64,000 bases of DNA from an uncultured Candidatus Binatia bacterium. GTDB lineage: Bacteria; Desulfobacterota; Binatia; UBA9968; JAJDTQ01. Position 1 is the stretch's first letter, and the number at the start of each line of letters is the position of its first letter. Under the pieces are notes generated by a model. The model did no database searches. It was given only the letters and a program-made list of their open reading frames with translations, and had not been told where the DNA came from. Of this stretch, positions 58,312-64,000 are shown piece by piece. A program made the translations under genes and the position numbers. The stretch spans positions 3,712,001 to 3,776,000 of the forward strand of contig OZ251459.1 of the NCBI GenBank assembly GCA_965242525.1. Direction: 5' to 3'.

Positions 58312-58500
58312 CGTCATTCCCGCAAGCACTCCACCCTCGCCATTCCCACAGGTGCCCCGCTCCCCGTCATTCCCGCAAGCACCCCACCCCTCGTCATTCC
58401 CACAGGCGCCCCACTCTCCGTCATTCCCGCAAACGTCCCACCCTCGTCATTCCCGCAGGCGCCCTACTCCCCGTCATTCCCGCGAAAGCGGGAATCCATC
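58312..58500 (+). repeat. Tandem array of seven 26-27 bp units ending in one complete ATTCCC palindrome
   Basis: cgtcattccc-type starts at 58312, 58338, 58365, 58392, 58419, 58445 and 58472. Confidence 0.88.
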
Positions 58501-58516
58501 CCTTGAAAACGCTGAA

Positions 58517-58686
58517 GGAACCTCTGAACAATCGAGACACCCAGGATGGATTCCCGATTCCCTCACCCTGACGCCCCTATCCCCGTTCGTCCTGAGCGTA
58601 GACTCCCATCCCCGTTCATCCTGAGCGTAGCGAAGCGAAGTCGAAGGACGCGCTCATGCCCCCTGTCCGGATCGTTCAGAGGTTCC
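58517..58686 (+). mobile_element. MITE-A flanked by a TGAA direct repeat
   Basis: tgaa-ggaacctctgaac...gttcagaggttcc-tgaa. Confidence 0.85.
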
Positions 58687-58783
58687 TGAAACGGAAGCGA
58701 GCATCGAACATTCCCGCCCCCGCTTCCACTTCCGCGAAGACATGCTTTCGCGGGAATGCCAGGGTCGCGCTTCGCCAGAGATC

Positions 58784-60499
58784 CTAACCGCGCAGCATAA
58801 AGTAGCGGTGCCCCCCGGCCGCCACCTCCTTCACCACCCGATCCTGCCAGTCGGTCCTGCCGGCGCCGTAAATGGACTCGACCGCGCTCCAGGCCAGGAC
58901 CACCACGGAGCCCGGATGCTCTTCCAGGAACCGGGCCACGGCGTCTTCCGTGGCCAGGAACTCGACCTTGCGCCGGGTATGGTAGGTGAAGGCCGCCACC
59001 TTGCCGCGCTCCCGGTGCGAGACCGCGACTCCGAAGACCTGCTCCGAACCCATTTGCTGCCGGATCCAGCGCCCCACCGGCTCGTAGCTCTTCACCGGGT
59101 CGAACTTCGGCATGATCCAGCTAAACGCCAGGAAATAGAGGGGGACCGTCACCACCGCGATACGGAGCAGGGCCTGCGGCAGGTCCGGATAACGCCGGGC
59201 GCGCAGGACCCATAGCCCTCCGGCCAGGCTCAAGGCGCCGACCGCCAGCCCCGGGCCGCGAAGGCTCGTGAAGACGAAAGCGTGCAAAGGCTCCAGGGCC
59301 AGCCACGGGGCGAGCAGGCCGGAAAAGAGGCTGGCGGCCGCCAGGCTCCCGCCCATGAGGACGAGGGCCGCGGCCGCCGCGGTGATGGAGGCGGCGGCCC
59401 AGCGGCGCTCCCACGTGTCGAGGACTTCCCGGCCGCGGACGGCGATCCACTGGCCCAGGAGCAGCGCAGCCGCGGGATACGCGGGAAGCAGGTAGAGCTG
59501 GCGTTTGGTGACCGCAAGGGAGAGGAAGACGAAGAACGCTCCCAACCACCACAACAGCAGTTGCCGTCGGGGGTCGCGCCATGCCCCGCAGCGATGGACG
59601 CGCCAGAGCGCCAACGGCAACAGCAGGCTCCACGGCGCCAAGTCCAACCACACGTTCACCGCATAGTAGTAGAGCGGTCTCACGTGGCCGCGAACGCCGC
59701 TTCCGAAACGGGCGAAGTTCTGCAGCCAGAGCTCCTCGACGACGCTGCCCGCGCCCGCCTGGTGGGCGCAGGCAACGAACCAGGCCAAGTAGATGGCAAG
59801 GCTCACCAGGCCGAGGGGCGCCAGCGCCGCCAGCCGGCGCCATTCCCGGCGCGTCCCGTGCCACAGGGCCAGCACCAGTCCGGGCAGCAGGAGCCCCAGG
59901 GGTCCTTTGGTCAGCATGGCCAGCCCGAGCAGTGCGAAGCCCGCGACACGCAGCTTCCAGGACGGTTCGGAGTCCGCGCCGGCAGCGTAGGCGAACAGCC
60001 CCGCGGCGATGAAGAGGCCGAACAGCATGTCGGGGCGGTAGCCGATGGCCTGGAGCGCGAACTGCGGGAACGTCAGCAGCAGGAAACCGGCCCACAACCC
60101 CGCGGACGGCCCGAACCAGCGCGAGCCCGCGAAGCAGGTGACGAGCGAGAGCGCGATGGCCCCGATAGCGGAAGGCAGCCGCAGGGAGAACGCGCTCATC
60201 TCCCCGAACACCGCGGACGAAGCGGCCCCCGCCCAGTAGAGCAACGGGGGATAATCGACCCAGACCTCCCCCATGCGGCGGGGCGTCACCCAATCGCCGC
60301 TCAGGAACATGGCCTGGGCCACGTCCGCCACGTTGGGCTCGTTGGGAAACCAGAGGTCCCGCCACCCGAGGCCGGTGACGTAGAGGAGCGCGCCGATGGC
60401 GGCCAGGAGCAGGAAACGGTGGTGTTCGAGGACCCCGGTCACGGCCTCGCGCCCGGGCGAGCCGGGACCGGGGTTGGGCGGGCTGTCTTTGGGCGACAT
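58784..60499 (-). CDS. ArnT/PMT-family membrane glycosyltransferase
   Basis: GDWVTPR, DYPPLLYW, LTKGPLG and TKRQLYLLP motifs; multiple TM helices. Confidence 0.88.
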   Translation of the reverse strand: MSPKDSPPNPGPGSPGREAVTGVLEHHRFLLLAAIGALLYVTGLGWRDLWFPNEPNVADVAQAMFLSGDWVTPRRMGEVWVDYPPLLYWAGAASSAVFGEMSAFSLRLPSAIGAIALSLVTCFAGSRWFGPSAGLWAGFLLLTFPQFALQAIGYRPDMLFGLFIAAGLFAYAAGADSEPSWKLRVAGFALLGLAMLTKGPLGLLLPGLVLALWHGTRREWRRLAALAPLGLVSLAIYLAWFVACAHQAGAGSVVEELWLQNFARFGSGVRGHVRPLYYYAVNVWLDLAPWSLLLPLALWRVHRCGAWRDPRRQLLLWWLGAFFVFLSLAVTKRQLYLLPAYPAAALLLGQWIAVRGREVLDTWERRWAAASITAAAAALVLMGGSLAAASLFSGLLAPWLALEPLHAFVFTSLRGPGLAVGALSLAGGLWVLRARRYPDLPQALLRIAVVTVPLYFLAFSWIMPKFDPVKSYEPVGRWIRQQMGSEQVFGVAVSHRERGKVAAFTYHTRRKVEFLATEDAVARFLEEHPGSVVVLAWSAVESIYGAGRTDWQDRVVKEVAAGGHRYFMLRG

Positions 60500-60612
60500 G
60501 CGTCAGGGGCCGGGAGCCGTCCGGGCAGGCGAGTCCGGGCAGGCGAATCGCAGCCAGAGGCAGGGAAGCCGAAAAGTCTCCCGGCTCTCCGTCCCGATTC
60601 CCCCGGCGCGCG

Positions 60613-61461
60613 TCAGCCGTGGGACCGGGTGAACTCCAGCGTCCGTTCGCACACGTTCTCGGTGGTCTGGTCCGGCGGCATGACGTTCCAGAACTCCGGG
60701 TGGGGCAGGCACTCGCGCAGGTAGTGGGCCCCCGACGTGGCGTGGGACGGGTCGTCCCCCGGTATCACCAGGGCCGGCGCCTTGACCCCCATGAGCTCCT
60801 CCGGCTGGGCGCCGGTGGCGGTGTCCCGATCGAACATGTCCGGCCCGGTGGCGGCGACGATCCCCAGGTAGCGATCCTGGTCCTGGGCCGCGAACCCCTC
60901 GGCGAACTCGCCGTCCCGGGCGATGACGGAAGCCCACGGACCGGACTCGGGATCGGTCCAGAACGTGGTCCCCTTGCGCGCCCGGTCCACCACCGCCCGG
61001 AGACCGTTCTCCCGCACGAAGCGCAGGTGGTCGGCGAACCGCGCGTGGTTCGAAACCTTCCAGCGGTATCCCCCCACCGGCCAGTGGAGGACCAGGCCGC
61101 GGGTCCTCTCGGGATAGTGGACGCCGAAGGAAAGGGCCACCGAGCAGCCCATGCAACCGCCCATGACGAAGGCCGAATCCACCTGGAGGTGGTCCAGGAG
61201 CTGCATTCCCTGCCGTGCGTAGGCGGCCCAACCGAGGCGCTCCACCCGGCCGCCCGACTCCCCCGACTCGCGCCGGTCGTAGGCGATCACCCGGTGTTGC
61301 GAGGCCAGCCTGGCCAGGGCGTCGATGCCGGTCCAGGCGCTGGCCGCGCGCCACTTCTCGATGGTGGAATCGAACCCTCCGGGCGCCAGCATCAGGAGCG
61401 GCGTTCCCGATCCCCAGGTTTCGTAATGGACCTCGATACCATCGAGGACGGCGGTTGACAT
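60613..61461 (-). CDS. Alpha/beta-fold hydrolase
   Basis: HYETWGSG, IAYDRR, nucleophile elbow GGCMG and LVIPGDD. Confidence 0.85.
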   Translation of the reverse strand: MSTAVLDGIEVHYETWGSGTPLLMLAPGGFDSTIEKWRAASAWTGIDALARLASQHRVIAYDRRESGESGGRVERLGWAAYARQGMQLLDHLQVDSAFVMGGCMGCSVALSFGVHYPERTRGLVLHWPVGGYRWKVSNHARFADHLRFVRENGLRAVVDRARKGTTFWTDPESGPWASVIARDGEFAEGFAAQDQDRYLGIVAATGPDMFDRDTATGAQPEELMGVKAPALVIPGDDPSHATSGAHYLRECLPHPEFWNVMPPDQTTENVCERTLEFTRSHG

Positions 61462-61554
61462 GGAGTTCCTCCCGAAACGCCCGTCCGCGCGCACGCGCGT
61501 GCCGGGCTTGCATGGTGTTGCCCAAGGCTTAGCCGAACCGCGGGAGCCAGTCAA

Positions 61555-61749
61555 GGAAACCCTGTTCGATCCGGGAAGGAGAGGGCGTCCTTCGACTTCG
61601 CTTCGCTACGCTCAGGACGAACGGGGATGGGACGCTTCGCTATGCTCAGGACGAACAGGGATGGGATGCTTCGCTACGACCGACGAATGGGGACGGAAGG
61701 GTCACGTGTGGGAATGCCCTCGCACATGGTTCGATGGTTCAGGGTTTCC
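61555..61749. mobile_element. MITE-B variant with one full and two decayed core units
   Basis: ggaaaccctg...cagggtttcc; flanks tcaa/tcga. Confidence 0.75.
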
Positions 61750-61853
61750 TCGAATTGGTGGTGGCCACGGCGGAGCCCAGCCCCACCAGCGCGAAAGTCG
61801 AAGTCCAACCCGGGAGACTCCACGCGACCGGCGCGGCGCCGGGCCTGCGGCCA

Positions 61854-61883
61854 TTGACCGGCTTCGGCGTCGGGTCCTATAAT
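61854..61883 (+). promoter_or_regulatory. Sigma70-like promoter TTGACC-N18-TATAAT
   Basis: Near-consensus boxes upstream of the amidohydrolase gene. Confidence 0.6.
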
Positions 61884-61957
61884 CAGCTTGCGCTGGCGCG
61901 GCCGGCAGGGTCACGACCCGGGCGGCCGCTTGGCGACGCCTCGCCTTGGAGGAACCC

Positions 61958-62887
61958 ATGCTCATCGACTGGCATTCACACCACACCGCCCCGGAACTGG
62001 TAGAAGCGTTCCGCAGGAAGACCGGGAAAGCGCCGAAAGTCGATCCTTGCGACTCGGCCGACTTCGAGGGGAGGCTCGCGGAGCTCGACCGGGCGGGGAT
62101 CGAGTTCCAACTGGTCTGCCAGGGGGCCAGCGAGGACGCGGACCAGCTCGACGCGGCCGACGCCATGGAGACGGCGCGCCTGTCCAACGACGTGCTGGCG
62201 GAGCGCATCGCGGGGCACACCGACCGGTTCGGCGGCGTCACCGCACTGTCCCTCAAGAACGTGCGGGAGTCGGTGGACGAGATCGAACGCATGGCCTCCC
62301 GAGGCTTCCGGGCGGTGCTCATCTACCCGCGCGTGGACGGCGAGATGAAGGTGGACCTGCCGGAGCTCGACCCGGTTTTCGCCAAGGCGTCGGAGCTGGG
62401 GCTGCCGCTCTTCCTCCACGGCAGCGGGGGGGCCAAGGACCCCACCCTGGGCAGGCTGGAGGACGGCGGCGCCGGCGTGGCCTACAGCGTGCTGTCGGAC
62501 GCGAGCGTGAACGAGTGCGTCATGCGCATGATCGCCAGCGGCCTCTTCGACCGTTACCCGAACCTGAAGGTGGTGATACGCAGCGGCGGCGGGGGCATCC
62601 CCCTGCTGGTCCAGCGGATGTTCTGGAAGCACAAGGGGCCGGATGGCGAGAAGCGGTACTCGGAAATCTTCCTGGAGCACTTCCTCATCGACACAGCCAG
62701 CGTCCGGCCCAACGCGCTGCCCTTCCTGCGCGAAGTGATGGGCGCCGGCGGCGTGGTCTTCGGCTCGGACTACTGCGGCGGCCTGGGGCCTCTCCACAAG
62801 GCGCTGGCGGTGGTGGACTCGCAGCCCGACGCGCCGGAAGTGCGCTCCTCCACGGAGCGGACCTCCCGGACCCTGTTGCGACTCTGA
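61958..62887 (+). CDS. Amidohydrolase_2 family (ACMSD-like) protein
   Basis: IDWHSH, PLFLHG, GLFDRYPNLKV and VFGSDY motifs. Confidence 0.85.
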   Translation: MLIDWHSHHTAPELVEAFRRKTGKAPKVDPCDSADFEGRLAELDRAGIEFQLVCQGASEDADQLDAADAMETARLSNDVLAERIAGHTDRFGGVTALSLKNVRESVDEIERMASRGFRAVLIYPRVDGEMKVDLPELDPVFAKASELGLPLFLHGSGGAKDPTLGRLEDGGAGVAYSVLSDASVNECVMRMIASGLFDRYPNLKVVIRSGGGGIPLLVQRMFWKHKGPDGEKRYSEIFLEHFLIDTASVRPNALPFLREVMGAGGVVFGSDYCGGLGPLHKALAVVDSQPDAPEVRSSTERTSRTLLRL

Positions 62888-62948
62888 GGCAGGTGGGGGG
62901 CGGGACGCCTGGCCGTGGAATCCTGCCCACCCGAAAGCCGGAAGCGCG

Positions 62949-63335
62949 CTATTCCTTCCGGGTGGTGAGTTCGATCTTGTAGCCGTTGGGGTCTTCGATG
63001 AACGCGATGACCCCGCCGCCGTGCTTCATGGGACCGGCGTCCCGGGTGACCTTCACCCCTTTCCTGCGCAGTTCGTCACAGGTGGCGTACACGTCGGGCA
63101 CCCCGATGGCGATGTGGCCGAAGCCGTCCCCCAGGTCGTACTCGTGCGTGTCCCAGTTGTAGGTGAGCTCGATGACCGCGCCGTCGTCCTCGGACCCGTA
63201 GCCCACGAAGCAGTTGGTGAAGCGCCCGGACTCGTAGTCCTTCTTCTTCAACAACTGCATCCCCAGCCCGTCGCAGTAGAAGGCGAGGCTTTCGTCCAGG
63301 CGCTTGACCCGTATCATGGTGTGAACGATTCTCAT
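62949..63335 (-). CDS. gloA: Lactoylglutathione lyase (glyoxalase I)
   Basis: HTMIRV, IELTYNW, GFGHIAIGV and DPNGYKIEL motifs. Confidence 0.95.
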   Translation of the reverse strand: MRIVHTMIRVKRLDESLAFYCDGLGMQLLKKKDYESGRFTNCFVGYGSEDDGAVIELTYNWDTHEYDLGDGFGHIAIGVPDVYATCDELRRKGVKVTRDAGPMKHGGGVIAFIEDPNGYKIELTTRKE

Positions 63336-63380
63336 GCGGTCCTCCTTCGTCGCGGCCGTCGTTCCGTTGCCGTCCGCCGG

Positions 63381-63995
63381 TCACTCGCCCATGCGCGACG
63401 GGTCGGCCACCACCTGGCGGATCTCCCAGCCCTTCGACCGGGTGAAGGCCACGTGGCTGAATTCGCAGGGTTTCAGGTGGAACGTGCGGTACTGGTTCAG
63501 CGGCGTCCCGCTGATGCGGCACAACACCGAGAGTATGGGGAAACTGTGGCTGACCACGACGATGACGTGGCCGTCGTCGTGGTTCCCGACGATGCGGTTG
63601 AGCGCGGACCAGGCCCGACGGTCCACGTCGAGCAACCGTTCGCCTCCGGGCAGCCATAGGCCCTCGGGTTGCGAACGCCACCGCTCGATCCATCCGTCGA
63701 ACTTCTCCTTCACCTCGACGAACGTGAGTCCTTCCATCTCGCCGTGGTCGAGCTCGCGCAGGTCCGGCTCGATCCTCACCGCGACTCCGTGGGGCTCCCC
63801 CACGATCTCGGCCGTCTGCCGGGCCCGCCGCAGTCGGCTCGAATAGACCGCGTCGATGCGGCGGCGGCCCAGGTGCGCGGCCACCTCGCCGGCCTGCCTG
63901 TGGCCGACCTCGTTGAGCTCGATGTCCGAGCTCCCCTGGCACCGGCCTTCCCGGTTCCAGCGGGTCTCGCCGTGGCGCAACAGGAAGATCTGCAT
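63381..63995 (-). CDS. Histidine phosphatase family protein
   Basis: LLRHGET, YSSRLRRARQTA, LRELDHG and VVSH motifs. Confidence 0.92.
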   Translation of the reverse strand: MQIFLLRHGETRWNREGRCQGSSDIELNEVGHRQAGEVAAHLGRRRIDAVYSSRLRRARQTAEIVGEPHGVAVRIEPDLRELDHGEMEGLTFVEVKEKFDGWIERWRSQPEGLWLPGGERLLDVDRRAWSALNRIVGNHDDGHVIVVVSHSFPILSVLCRISGTPLNQYRTFHLKPCEFSHVAFTRSKGWEIRQVVADPSRMGE

Positions 63996-64000
63996 GGTCC

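Noticed and set aside
58312-58500. Possible mini-CRISPR
   Set aside because: The period is only 26-27 bp and the linkers are related to each other rather than unique

Overview
High-GC bacterial chromosomal segment. The gene content (F420 synthesis, DUF1302/DUF1329/MMPL, UbiD, non-canonical thiolase) suggests a Binatota/deltaproteobacterial-type organism, but that is inference only. Housekeeping and metabolic genes are glmS, rlmE, a DUF1302-DUF1329-BNR-MMPL operon, GST, tRNA-Leu(CAA), ubiD-like, a cofG-cofH-cofD-cofC-cofE-npdG F420 cluster, hlyC/CNNM, hisC, clpB, bioF-bioA-bioD, larC, tRNA-Ala(CGC), thiolase/DUF35, SYLF, ArnT-like GT, hydrolases and gloA. Many intergenic gaps contain non-autonomous repeats: IS5-like MITEs carrying a CGTC-type hairpin, other palindromes, and polarised tandem arrays. 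Next to tRNA-Ala lies a ~22 kb all-minus-strand defence locus (33254-55030). Its SNF2 helicase-DUF3883 / DUF1156 methylase / HEPN-DUF499 ATPase scaffold has its inter-gene gaps filled with accessory defence genes (three ABC-ATPase+nuclease modules, GmrSD-like, Schlafen/AlbA, TIR). Best leads: (i) a duplicated ~170 bp unit made of the helicase 3' tail plus a sigma70-like promoter heads each of two cargo blocks, suggesting integrase-free, integron-like cassette accretion; (ii) palindromic repeats sit in frame inside the methylase and helicase, and two of them bracket a compositionally foreign methylase segment; (iii) a proline-rich uORF with a possible attenuator precedes the CNNM gene. All family calls come from motif recognition by eye; no database search was run.
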